Origin: Chloroflexota bacterium
GTDB taxonomy: Bacteria > Chloroflexota > UBA6077
Reading direction: 5' to 3'
DNA length: 51,414 nt
Assembly: GCA_027356795.1 (NCBI GenBank)
Contig: DAHVXI010000055.1
Location: forward strand, 1 to 51,414
Shown: positions 1 to 8,273 of the stretch, piece by piece
Layout: each line of letters begins with the position of its first letter
Position numbering within the stretch: position 1 is the stretch's first letter
Made by a program: the position numbers and the translations under genes
The notes under the pieces: model-generated
What the model was told of the DNA's origin: nothing
The model's database searches: none
Seen by the model: only the letters and a program-made list of their open reading frames with translations

Positions 1-2
1 TC

Positions 3-218
3 CAGGTTGCGGGCCGTGGCCTGGAGCAGGGGGGTGGGGTCTTCCCCGCCGTGGAGCAGGGCCGCCGTGCGGTCGGGGATCCTGGGGTTGTTGTCTATGA
101 GTATCCGGAGGTGCTCCTGATCGATCCTGGCAGGGGTGGCCGCCACGATCTTCTGAAACAGGTCGATTGTTGCCTCCGGCCCCATGCCGCCCAGGATACC
201 GACAACCTTCTCTGCCAT
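3..218 (-). CDS. Aspartate/glutamate racemase family protein (N-terminal part; runs off the window edge)
   Basis: Manual translation from ATG 218 gives MAEKVVGILGGMGPEATIDLFQKIV...DQEHLRILIDNNPRIPDRTAALL, with the GILGGMGP and DQxH motifs. An AGGAGG SD lies upstream. Confidence 0.85.
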   Translation of the reverse strand, partial: MAEKVVGILGGMGPEATIDLFQKIVAATPARIDQEHLRILIDNNPRIPDRTAALLHGGEDPTPLLQATARNL

Positions 219-262
219 GGCAGCCTCCTATCGGCACGTTGATGGCCGCATTATAGTAGGGC

Positions 263-574
263 TCAGTAGGGGCAGCATCCACGCCACTCCACCGGCCCGA
301 TCAGGACCCTGCCCAGCGTGGCCGACCGGTTCCTGCGGTCGATGCCCAGTAGCTCGAGGTGACCCACCGTAGCCTCGCTATCGACATCCATCGCCTTGAA
401 GGGCATCACCGTTGGGTTCTTGGCAGCAGCCTGGTGGAGAAGATCCTCCAACTGGGCCTCGTCGAGAGGGTAGGAGAAGCCGGGGCCGGCCCACTGCATC
501 AGGAACTCCGCGGAGCCGCTCCATTCGACGAGGGTGGGGATGTCGGCCCGGGTGAAGGGCTGTAGCCGGATCAT
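263..574 (-). pseudogene. RimJ/RimL-type GNAT acetyltransferase, C-terminally truncated
   Basis: MIRLQPFTRAD...LMQWAGP...VGHLEL...ATLGRVLIGP.EWRG stops inside acetyl-CoA motif A after only 103 aa. Confidence 0.6.
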
Positions 575-608
575 GGTCTACATTCCTCGCGGTCAGATTG
601 GTCGACGA

Positions 609-632
609 TCGCCGGCAGGAGCCGGCTCCTGC
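609..632. repeat. REP-like palindrome, GTAGGAGCCGGCTCCTRC family
   Basis: tcgccggcaggagccggctcctgc; related copies at 15928-15950, 46041-46064 and 48144-48165. Confidence 0.75.
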
Positions 633-706
633 TGGACCCGCCATTCGCTGCCGGAACGCTGATGGACACGAGACCTGGTGCTCAGTCACACGGATTTCGA
701 CAGGGC

Positions 707-759
707 GTAGGGGCAGATCTGTGCGTCTGCCCTGGGCGCTCACGCAGCTGCGCCCCTAC
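707..759. repeat. GTAG-type REP-like inverted pair
   Basis: gtaggggcagatctgtgcgtctgccc ... gggcgctcacgcagctgcgcccctac. Confidence 0.7.
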
Positions 760-1085
760 CGGCGTCATCGGCAACTGTCAAATCCGGTGTGTCCGAGTAC
801 TGGTGCACGACCATGTAGAAGATGACGCCCACGCTCCCAGCCGTCAAGACCACCGTAGCGAAGGCCCAGGACTGTGGAGCTGCGGCTATTCTGCCGATCA
901 TACCACGTAGGGACTGGGTGCGCTTCTTGCTTCTGGCTGCCGGATCGGCGTCTGGTGGAGCCGATCCGAGGGCTTGAAGGGTTCACCCGGCCATTCGAGG
1001 CCCGCCGACAGGCCGGCAGGCTGCGACAACAAAGCTCGCCCCAGCGGGCTGGAGGCCGGCAAAGGGGCTGGCGAGCGATACCGAA

Positions 1086-2222
1086 ATGGACAGGACTTTG
1101 GAACCTTCTTTCGCGGCCGGCAGGCTGTTGGGCATACGGATAGGTCTGAGCGCCAGTTGGTTTGTCGTCTTTGCCCTGGTCACCTGGAGTCTGGGGGCGG
1201 CGTACTTCCCTGCGGAGTACCCCTGGTGGCCGGCGGAGATCCACTGGGCGATGGCGATCTCGGGGAGCGCGCTCTTCTTTGGCTCGGTGTTGATCCACGA
1301 GCTGGCCCACTCCGTGGTGGCGGTGCGCTGTGGCATCCCCGTGACCCGCATAACCCTATTCATCTTCGGCGGTCTGGCCCAGGTCGGTCGGGAGGCCCCT
1401 ACCCCCCGCATCGAAGCCTCCGTTGCGGCGGCGGGACCGGCCGCCAGCCTGATCCTGGGGATCATCTTCGGCTTTCTCTATCTGGCGAGCAGGACGTTGA
1501 GCTCACCGCTGGCCAGCCTGTCCCTCTGGCTGGCGATAGTCAACGGCAGCCTGGCGCTGTTCAACCTGATCCCGGCTTTCCCGCTGGACGGGGGTAGGCT
1601 GCTGCGGGCAGGGGTGTGGTCGGTAACGAGCGACCACGGTCTGGCTACCCGGCTCTCCTCGTGGGCAGGGCAGTTCACGGGGATCCTGCTCGTTCTGTAC
1701 GGACTGTACTCCGCCCTTGGCGCCGAGGGGGGCCTGCTGAACGGCGTGTGGGCCGTGCTGGTGGGATGGTTCCTCCACAACGCGGCTCTGGGCAGCTATC
1801 GGGCCTCGAAGGCGTCGGACGAGCTGAAGGCGGTAACCGCCGAGGACGTGATGGCGCGGGACGTGGTCCCGGTGCCGGTGAACGCCACCGTGGCGGAGTT
1901 CGTGAACGGCTACCTTATGCGGCGCCGGCACGGTCGTTTCCCGGTGGTGGATGGCATACAGCTGGTGGGGACCGTGGGTCTGGAGGAGGTGCGCAAGGTG
2001 TCCATGGGCCGGCGCACCACCACGTGGATCCAGAAGGTGATGCGGTCCGCCGAGCGGTACCCACCCCTGGGCCCCCGCGAGCCCGCAGACCAGGCCCTCC
2101 AGCGGCTGAACGAGATGGAGGCGGAGGAGCTTCCGGTGGTGGATGAGGGCCGGGTCATCGGCATGCTCAGCCGGGCGGATCTCCTGAAGTTGGTCCAGGT
2201 GCGGGGGATCCTCCGCAAGTAG
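1086..2222 (+). CDS. Site-2 protease (peptidase M50) with C-terminal CBS pair
   Basis: HELAH, AAAGP and FNLIPAFPLDGGR motifs, TM segments and two CBS domains. Confidence 0.92.
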   Translation: MDRTLEPSFAAGRLLGIRIGLSASWFVVFALVTWSLGAAYFPAEYPWWPAEIHWAMAISGSALFFGSVLIHELAHSVVAVRCGIPVTRITLFIFGGLAQVGREAPTPRIEASVAAAGPAASLILGIIFGFLYLASRTLSSPLASLSLWLAIVNGSLALFNLIPAFPLDGGRLLRAGVWSVTSDHGLATRLSSWAGQFTGILLVLYGLYSALGAEGGLLNGVWAVLVGWFLHNAALGSYRASKASDELKAVTAEDVMARDVVPVPVNATVAEFVNGYLMRRRHGRFPVVDGIQLVGTVGLEEVRKVSMGRRTTTWIQKVMRSAERYPPLGPREPADQALQRLNEMEAEELPVVDEGRVIGMLSRADLLKLVQVRGILRK

Positions 2223-2300
2223 GACTGAGCTACGAGTACTGAGTACTGAGTGGCCGACGGCCAGTCCGCAATCCAGAGTCCAGAGTGCTGAGTGCTGGGC
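2222..2300. repeat. Heptamer tandem repeats (GTACTGA/GTGCTGA/AGTCCAG type)
   Basis: ggactgagctacgagtactgagtactgag...gtccgcaatccagagtccagagtgctgagtgctgg directly after the stop codon. Confidence 0.7.
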
Positions 2301-2333
2301 ATGGTTCACCAGGGCGCGAGATCGGGTGACAGT

Positions 2334-2389
2334 TGCGGGAGGGCGAGCCTCCCGGCGAGCCGGCTCAGCAGGAGCTTCGCCCTCCCGCA
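2334..2389. repeat. GGGAGGGCGAG...CTCGCCCTCCC palindromic mini-element (family C)
   Basis: Near-identical copies at 6592-6665 and 9287-9356; halves at 44751-44856. Confidence 0.85.
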
Positions 2390-2428
2390 CTGTGACCGCG
2401 TTTGTGAACCATCCCGAGTGCTGAGTCC

Positions 2429-3421
2429 TCAGTTCTGGCGGAGGTGGGCTGCCCTCGCTCGGGGAAGCACCTCCGGGTTCACCGCGTTCCGGGGCCTCTG
2501 GCCGCTCAGAACCCGCACCACCTCCTCGACCGCCCTGGTCTGTAGCTCCACCAGCGACTGCTCCGAGTAGAAGGAGGCGTGGGGGGTGAGGACCAGGTTG
2601 TCCAGCGCCAGGAGCGGATCGTCGGTCGCGGGGGGTTCCTGCGGCATCACATCCAGGCCGGCGCCGGCGATCCACCCCTCCCGAAGGGCGCGTTCCAGAG
2701 CGACCGTGTCGATGATGGGCCCCCGGGATGTGTTCAGCAGGTAGGCCGTCCGCTTCATCTTGCGCAGTTGGGCTTCCCCCATCAGCCCCCTGGTCTCAGG
2801 TGTGAGGGGCAGGTGGAGGGAGATGAAGTCCGACTGTCCCAGCAGCGTGTCGAAGTCGACCACCTCCACCCCCTGGAGGCTCTGGTCCCCCGGCCTCAGG
2901 GCGGGATCGTGAACCAGGATCCGGAGGTCCATCCCCGACGCTTTGCGAGCCAAGCTTCTGCCGATCTTCCCGAAGCCCACGATGCCCAGGGTGCTGCCGC
3001 TGACCCGGAAGAGCGGTCTGCCCATCAGGTTATCCCACCGTCCGGAGTGGGTGGCTCGATCGTACAGGGGGATCCGGCGGGCGCAGGCCAGCAGCAGCCC
3101 CAGCGCGTGCTCCGCCACCTCGTCGACGCAGAAGTCCGGCACGTTGGTGACCACGATGCCCAGCTCCGTGGCCGTCTCCAGGGCGATGTTGTCCACCCCG
3201 ATGCCGTAGCGGGCCACCTGGAGGCAGCGGGGGGCTGCCCGCAGGACCGCGGGCGTCACCTGGGCGAAGCAGGTCATGATGGCGTCGCAGCCGGCGGCCA
3301 GGCGGGCCAGTTCCGCCTCGGAGCCGTTCGGGGAGACGATCACCTCGGCTCCCACGGTGGAGAGGATCCGGCGCTCTACGTCGACGTTGGGCCACACGTG
3401 GTCGGTGATGAGGACCTTCAT
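2429..3421 (-). CDS. D-isomer-specific 2-hydroxyacid dehydrogenase (CtBP/SerA-like)
   Basis: RYGIGVDNI, GIVGFGKIG, NTSRG, GLDV..EP and TPHASFYS motifs. Confidence 0.9.
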   Translation of the reverse strand: MKVLITDHVWPNVDVERRILSTVGAEVIVSPNGSEAELARLAAGCDAIMTCFAQVTPAVLRAAPRCLQVARYGIGVDNIALETATELGIVVTNVPDFCVDEVAEHALGLLLACARRIPLYDRATHSGRWDNLMGRPLFRVSGSTLGIVGFGKIGRSLARKASGMDLRILVHDPALRPGDQSLQGVEVVDFDTLLGQSDFISLHLPLTPETRGLMGEAQLRKMKRTAYLLNTSRGPIIDTVALERALREGWIAGAGLDVMPQEPPATDDPLLALDNLVLTPHASFYSEQSLVELQTRAVEEVVRVLSGQRPRNAVNPEVLPRARAAHLRQN

Positions 3422-3427
3422 CTGAAC

Positions 3428-3571
3428 TCACTTCCCCCCTGTCCCTGTTGCTATCGACATGATGTCCAGGTTGTCTCGCTTTTGCCACCCCAGGCGAGTC
3501 CAGAACTCGGAGCCCTCGTCGTTGCTCGTATGAACGAAGAGGTGGCACTTGGCGATTCCGGCTTCGCTCAG
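3428..3571 (-). pseudogene. C-terminal remnant of a GNAT acetyltransferase
   Basis: The open frame reads LSEAGIAKCHLFVHTSNDEGSEFWTRLGWQKRDNLDIMS...*. It has no start codon, and an in-frame TGA lies upstream inside the adjacent palindrome. Confidence 0.65.
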
Positions 3572-3577
3572 CCCTAC

Positions 3578-3712
3578 TCCTTTCCCTCTGGGAGAGGGAG
3601 ATTCGAGCCCTCACCCCGACCCTCTCCTCGAGAGGAAGTAGCTGCACACTGAGAACTCAGAACTCAGAACCTGGTGGGCGGGATGCCCGCGCTCCCGGCA
3701 GCACTCAGAACC
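3578..3712. repeat. CCCTCACCCCGACCCTCTCC...GGGAGAGGG palindromic element (family B) plus AGAACTC heptamers
   Basis: ttccctctgggagagggag...gccctcaccccgaccctctcc followed by gagaactcagaactcagaacc. Confidence 0.75.
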
Positions 3713-4745
3713 TCTCGTGCCGGTACTCCTCGACCGCCTCCACGATGGCGGCCAGGTTCTGGTTGGGCGTCACCAGAGGAACCGCGCACTCGGGGCCGAC
3801 GATGGGGACCCCGGCCTCCAGCAGCCGGCGCACCTGGGCCTTCACCAGCTCGGGCGTCCCCTGCAGCAGGGTCTCCGGATTGTTGACGTTCCCCACCAGG
3901 GTGATCCGGCCATCGACGATCTCCAGGGCCCTGGTAGCATCCACTTTGGAGTCGAAGTGGAAGGCATCGAAGCCGGCCTGGGCTATGTAGTCCAGCCGGT
4001 TGGTGGTGTTGCCGCAGATGTGCAGGATGGTGGGGCAACCCAGCCTGGCAGTGATCTCCTGGTGGATCGGCAGCAGGAGGTCTCGATAGCAGCCGGGGCT
4101 CACCAGGTCGCCGGTAGCGTGGTCCGCCACCACCAGAACGTCGGCTCCGGCCCTCATCTGGGCCTTGCCGAAGAGGACGGTCACCTCTTTCAGAACGTCG
4201 AGGAACTGCCCCACCCTGTCAGGGTTGTCGATGGTATCCACCAGGAAGGGCTGGATGCCGTGCAGATGGTAGGCGAGGGTCCAGGGCCCCATCACCTTGC
4301 CGACGAGGACTGCGTGGTCGCCGTGGTGCTGCCGGAGCAGCCGGAGCGCCTCCAGGACGGCTCGGATGGATGGGCGTTCCAGGAAGTCCTCGGGGATGGC
4401 GATCTCCTCGGGGTCGCGGTAGGGGGTGGTGGTGTTGACCGGCATGTTCTGCCGATCGCCCCAATCCACCTCGCATCCGAGGGCCGCGGCCTCCTGCTGG
4501 ACGCTGAAGATGGGGGCGATGGTGTCGTAGCCCAAGAGGTCGTGGCCCGCGGCCGCTAGGATCGCCATCTTCTCGCCGTCGAGATGGGCGTCGGGGAAGA
4601 AGGAGCCGCTTCTCTCCATCAGCTCCACGGTGGCGATGGAGGTGGGGTTCCCGACGGGAGTACGATCTACACGGCCGCCGAAAAGGGCGGCCAGGAAGCG
4701 CCGTTTCGGGGACATGGGCACCGGGGATGGTCTTGACGAGCCCAT
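3705..4745 (-). CDS. MtaA/CmuA-family methylcobamide methyltransferase (URO-D superfamily)
   Basis: EAAALGCEVDW, GKVMGPWTLA, Zn-binding LHICG, GNVN and GPECAVP motifs. Confidence 0.85.
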   Translation of the reverse strand: MGSSRPSPVPMSPKRRFLAALFGGRVDRTPVGNPTSIATVELMERSGSFFPDAHLDGEKMAILAAAGHDLLGYDTIAPIFSVQQEAAALGCEVDWGDRQNMPVNTTTPYRDPEEIAIPEDFLERPSIRAVLEALRLLRQHHGDHAVLVGKVMGPWTLAYHLHGIQPFLVDTIDNPDRVGQFLDVLKEVTVLFGKAQMRAGADVLVVADHATGDLVSPGCYRDLLLPIHQEITARLGCPTILHICGNTTNRLDYIAQAGFDAFHFDSKVDATRALEIVDGRITLVGNVNNPETLLQGTPELVKAQVRRLLEAGVPIVGPECAVPLVTPNQNLAAIVEAVEEYRHERF

Positions 4746-4785
4746 CGGCTCACCCTCCAGTCAGTAAGGGTCAGAGGATAGAGAA

Positions 4786-4813
4786 CGAGGGAGAGAACCC
4801 ATTCTCTCCCTCG
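4786..4813. terminator. GC hairpin after the SWIM gene (possible terminator)
   Basis: cgagggagagaa-ccca-ttctctccctcg; no clear U-tract. Confidence 0.4.
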
Positions 4814-4839
4814 GATCTGCGCAGGTCTGTGGGGGCCGG

Positions 4840-5118
4840 CTAGGCCTGCGCCACCGCCTCAACGGGCTCCTGGGCGGGCTGGGATTCCTGGCGGGGCAAC
4901 ATCACCCCGAGGATCTTCTGGATGGTCATGGTGTGGCTGCAGACGCCCCAGCTGGTGAAGAAGTTGCAGGTGCACTTCCAGGTGCCCTGATTATAGGATA
5001 CGGTGTACGAGTCGTGTTCGCCTCTGAAGGTGGCGGAGAACTGCTGAAAGTTGACTCGGTCCGGTTCCTGAGCGTAAAGGTTGGCTTTCTGGATCTTTCC
5101 AATCAGGCTTGAGTGCAT
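4840..5118 (-). CDS. Small SWIM zinc-finger protein (92 aa)
   Basis: MHSSLIGKIQKA...W-x-CxC-x8-CxH; GGGGAGG SD upstream of ATG 5118. Confidence 0.8.
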   Translation of the reverse strand: MHSSLIGKIQKANLYAQEPDRVNFQQFSATFRGEHDSYTVSYNQGTWKCTCNFFTSWGVCSHTMTIQKILGVMLPRQESQPAQEPVEAVAQA

Positions 5119-5171
5119 GTCAGCCGATACCTCCCCTTTAGTCTGCTCTCCGTCCGTCACAAAAGCTCCGC

Positions 5172-5211
5172 ACAAAACAGAACACCAGCGTGCGTGCGCA
5201 CACTGGTGTTC
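5172..5211 (-). terminator. Intrinsic terminator in the 5' leader of the SWIM gene
   Basis: 14-bp stem GAACACCAGTGTGC/GCACGCTGGTGTTC (one G-U pair on the - strand) followed by TGTTTTGT. Confidence 0.7.
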
Positions 5212-5299
5212 ACCGACTGGCCAGAACTACAATTGGTGTCTTGCGTGGCCTCTGCATTCGCTGCCCCGCGGCTGGTTTCACACCTGCTAACCTGCAATC

Positions 5300-5328
5300 A
5301 GTATACGGCCGCTACGTCCCTCTGTCAA
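5300..5328 (-). promoter_or_regulatory. Sigma70-type promoter
   Basis: TTGACA-N17-TATACT. Confidence 0.8.
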
Positions 5329-5359
5329 TGGAATTCGACAGCTGCGATAGGGGTTGCGA

Positions 5360-6502
5360 TCACGGAATCTCGGTGCCCCGCCCCTCCCTGGACGCGATCA
5401 GATGGCCTAGCTCCGAGTAGTTGGGATCGCCGCCCAACTGCACGACGTCGTCCGCCGGGACCCCCGCTCTCAGAAGGGGTCCGGCCACGTCCTTCAGCAG
5501 GTCCGGAACGTACGATTTCACCAGCTCGCATCGGTCCCCTAACGGACGGATGGCATATTCGGCAAGGCCACCGGGCACCAGGGCAGTCTCCAGCCTTTGC
5601 AGGATCAACTCCTCCGACTCGCCGCCGGTGGACCGCAGGGAAACGGCTCCTTCCAGCGCGGTGACGATGTGAAACCGCCCCCCGGGCTGCTGAAGGACGC
5701 GGGATTCCGTCGCCAGTAGCTCCGCGGCGAAGTAGCTGCAGGCGCACAAGAAGCGGCGACGGTAGCCCCCTTCGCGCAGCTCAACAGGCCGGATCTTGTG
5801 GGTGGAGAGGGGTGCCAGGCGGGCCACGTCCAGCGACTTGTCGACGTGAAGCTCTCGGGTGACTCCACCGGCCTCCTTCCTGCCCCAGTCGTACAGCCTG
5901 TAGGTCAGGTCCGAGGACTCCTGGAGCTCGTACACCATGAGCCCTTTGCCCAGGGCGTGGATCGTGCCGGCCGGAAGGAAGACCGTGTCGCCCTTGGCGA
6001 CCGGGACGTAGTCCAGCACGTCGGTCACGGTGCCCGCATCCAGGGCCCGTTGGAGCTCGGTCCGGTCCAGCGGGCGATTCAAACCGTGGACTATGCGGGC
6101 TCCGGGCTCCGCCTCGAGGACGTACCACACCTCCGTCTTGCCGAAGGGTTGGTGCTCTCGCGCCCGGGAGTATCCGTCGTCCGGGTGCACCTGCACGGAG
6201 AGGGTGTCGTGGGCGTCGATCAGTTTGACCAGCAGGGGGAAGATGGTGTCGGGCCCCTTCGGAACCGAGCTGCCGAGGATTTCGCGGGGGAACTCGTCGA
6301 CGAGGCTCTTCAGGGTTCTTCCCTGCCAGGAACCGTTGGCGACGGCAAGACCGTCCCACACCACCCACACTTCGCCGATATTGCCTTCGCCCTCAGCCTT
6401 CACCCCCGCCAGCCCCTTCAGCTTCTGGCCCCCCCACACCTTCTCCTTGGGAAGAAGCTCGAACTTGAGTGGGTAGAGCTGGTGGCGAGTCGATCGTCTC
6501 AT
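5360..6502 (-). CDS. manA: Type I mannose-6-phosphate isomerase (cupin)
   Basis: KVWGG, FPLLVKLIDA..LSVQVHPDD, GKTEVWY, AGTIHALG and SDLTYRLYDW motifs. Confidence 0.85.
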   Translation of the reverse strand: MRRSTRHQLYPLKFELLPKEKVWGGQKLKGLAGVKAEGEGNIGEVWVVWDGLAVANGSWQGRTLKSLVDEFPREILGSSVPKGPDTIFPLLVKLIDAHDTLSVQVHPDDGYSRAREHQPFGKTEVWYVLEAEPGARIVHGLNRPLDRTELQRALDAGTVTDVLDYVPVAKGDTVFLPAGTIHALGKGLMVYELQESSDLTYRLYDWGRKEAGGVTRELHVDKSLDVARLAPLSTHKIRPVELREGGYRRRFLCACSYFAAELLATESRVLQQPGGRFHIVTALEGAVSLRSTGGESEELILQRLETALVPGGLAEYAIRPLGDRCELVKSYVPDLLKDVAGPLLRAGVPADDVVQLGGDPNYSELGHLIASREGRGTEIP

Positions 6503-6591
6503 GGTGGGTGCATCCTCCCTTACGGTCGTCCATGGTCGGCCCGCGGCCCAGTCGTTTGTCTCGCCGGCAAGGTATGGACCAGACCGAGAAG

Positions 6592-6665
6592 TGCGGGAGG
6601 GCGAGGCTCCCGCCGAGCCATGTTCCGATGCATGGGTGGCTCGCCAGGAGGCTCGCCCTCCCGCA
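6592..6665. repeat. Family C palindromic mini-element
   Basis: tgcgggagggcgaggctcccgccgagcca...tggctcgccaggaggctcgccctcccgca. Confidence 0.85.
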
Positions 6666-6688
6666 GTGTCGCCGACGGTGCCAGCGGA

Positions 6689-8116
6689 CTATCGCACGCC
6701 CGCGATGGTTTCCCCCATGTCCAGCATGCGGTTGACCCGCGCCGGATCGGTGGTTTCGGTGTAGATCCGCATCACCGGCTCGGTGCCGGAGAAGCGGATC
6801 AGCAGCCAGCTCCCGTCCTCCAGGATGAACTTGCTGCCGTCGGTGGTGTTCACCTCCACCACCCGCATCATGTCCATCTCGCTGGGGCGGTGCTCGCTGA
6901 CACGGCGGATGATCTCGGCCTTCCTGGCGGGATCGAAGTGGAAGTCCCGCCGGTCGTAGTAGTGGGCGCCCACCTTCTCGTACAGGTAGTGGATCACCTC
7001 GGAGAGGGGCTTGGTCAGCTTGATCTTCAGATCCAGCAGGAAGAGACCGGCCACGAAGGCGTCGCGCTCGGGGATGTGCCCCTTGAAGGCGAAGCCGCCG
7101 CTCTCCTCGCCGCCGATCAGGGCGTCCGTCTCGAGCATCTTCGGGGCGACGTACTTGAACCCCACGCCGGTCTCGTACACCGGCACTCCATACAGCTTGC
7201 CCAGCTTGTCGGCCATCACCGTGCTGGTCACCGTTCGGACGGCCGGGCCCCGCATCCGCCTGACCTCAAGCAGGTAGAGGAACAGCAGGGCGTACATCTG
7301 GAGCTGGTTGACGAAGTTGCCGTTCTCGTCCACCGCCCCGATCCGGTCGGCGTCCCCATCGGTGGCAAGCCCCACGTCGGCCTTGTGGGTGCGCACGGCC
7401 TCCATAGTCTCCGCTACGTTGGGTGGGATGGGCTCCGGGTTGATGCCCGGGAAGATGGGGTTTCGCTGCGACCGGATGTTGTGGACTCGGGTGGTGCCTC
7501 CCCGCAGCAGCGCGTCGAAGTATCCCGCCCCGACCCCGTACATGGCATCGGCGACGACGTTCAAACCGGCATTCTTGATGGCGTTCACGTCGACCAGGCG
7601 GCCGATCTGCTCGAAGTAGGCGGGCTTCGGGTCGAAGTAGTTGACGGTCCCAGCCTTGACCAGCTCTTCGAGTCTCTTTCGCTGCACCCCACCGCCGGCC
7701 TGGACCTGCCGGACCTGGGCCTCGATCTTCTCCAGGATCTCGGGCGAGGCGGCTCCCGCGTACTCGGGCCGGAACTTGATCCCGTTCCACACCCCGGGGT
7801 TGTGGCTGGCGGTGACCATCACCGCCCCCGCGGCCTTCTGGGCGAGGATCGAGTAGGACACCGCGGGGGTCGGCGCCGCCTCCTGGCAGAGCCAGACCTT
7901 GATGCCGTTGGAGCCCACCACCTCCGCCACCGCTGCGGCGAAGCCCTCGGAGGCGAACCGGAAGTCGTAGCCCACCACCAGGCCGTTGGCGGCCTTGCCG
8001 CTGTCTTTGAGGTAGTTGGCGATGCCCTGGGCAACGATCCGCACGTTCTCGTAGGTGAAGTCGTCGGCGATGACCCCGCGCCAACCATCGGTGCCAAACT
8101 TGATCTCTGTTGCCAC
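6689..8116 (-). CDS. Phosphoglucomutase/phosphomannomutase
   Basis: FGTDGWRG, TASHNP, DGDADR, GGEESGG and RFSGTEP motifs. Confidence 0.93.
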   Translation of the reverse strand: MATEIKFGTDGWRGVIADDFTYENVRIVAQGIANYLKDSGKAANGLVVGYDFRFASEGFAAAVAEVVGSNGIKVWLCQEAAPTPAVSYSILAQKAAGAVMVTASHNPGVWNGIKFRPEYAGAASPEILEKIEAQVRQVQAGGGVQRKRLEELVKAGTVNYFDPKPAYFEQIGRLVDVNAIKNAGLNVVADAMYGVGAGYFDALLRGGTTRVHNIRSQRNPIFPGINPEPIPPNVAETMEAVRTHKADVGLATDGDADRIGAVDENGNFVNQLQMYALLFLYLLEVRRMRGPAVRTVTSTVMADKLGKLYGVPVYETGVGFKYVAPKMLETDALIGGEESGGFAFKGHIPERDAFVAGLFLLDLKIKLTKPLSEVIHYLYEKVGAHYYDRRDFHFDPARKAEIIRRVSEHRPSEMDMMRVVEVNTTDGSKFILEDGSWLLIRFSGTEPVMRIYTETTDPARVNRMLDMGETIAGVR

Positions 8117-8273
8117 CTGGCCCTCCTCAGCAAAACAGTGGGACGCCGTGGGCTGTGGCCAGCCTCCGAGGGTCCCCTCTCAGGTGCGGTCGCCCGCTGC
8201 TTAAACTCTCTTCAAGCCCTAGTTTAGCGAGTCTACAGGGGAATTATCAAACGTGGGAGGGGTAGGGGGGAAG

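Noticed and set aside
707-759. Autonomous IS200/IS605 or RAYT element
   Set aside because: Only the palindromes are present; no HUH transposase ORF is recognisable in the window.
5172-5293. T-box or known metabolite riboswitch in the SWIM leader
   Set aside because: No T-box (GGTGG.ACC) or other recognisable aptamer consensus; retained only as a candidate novel attenuator.
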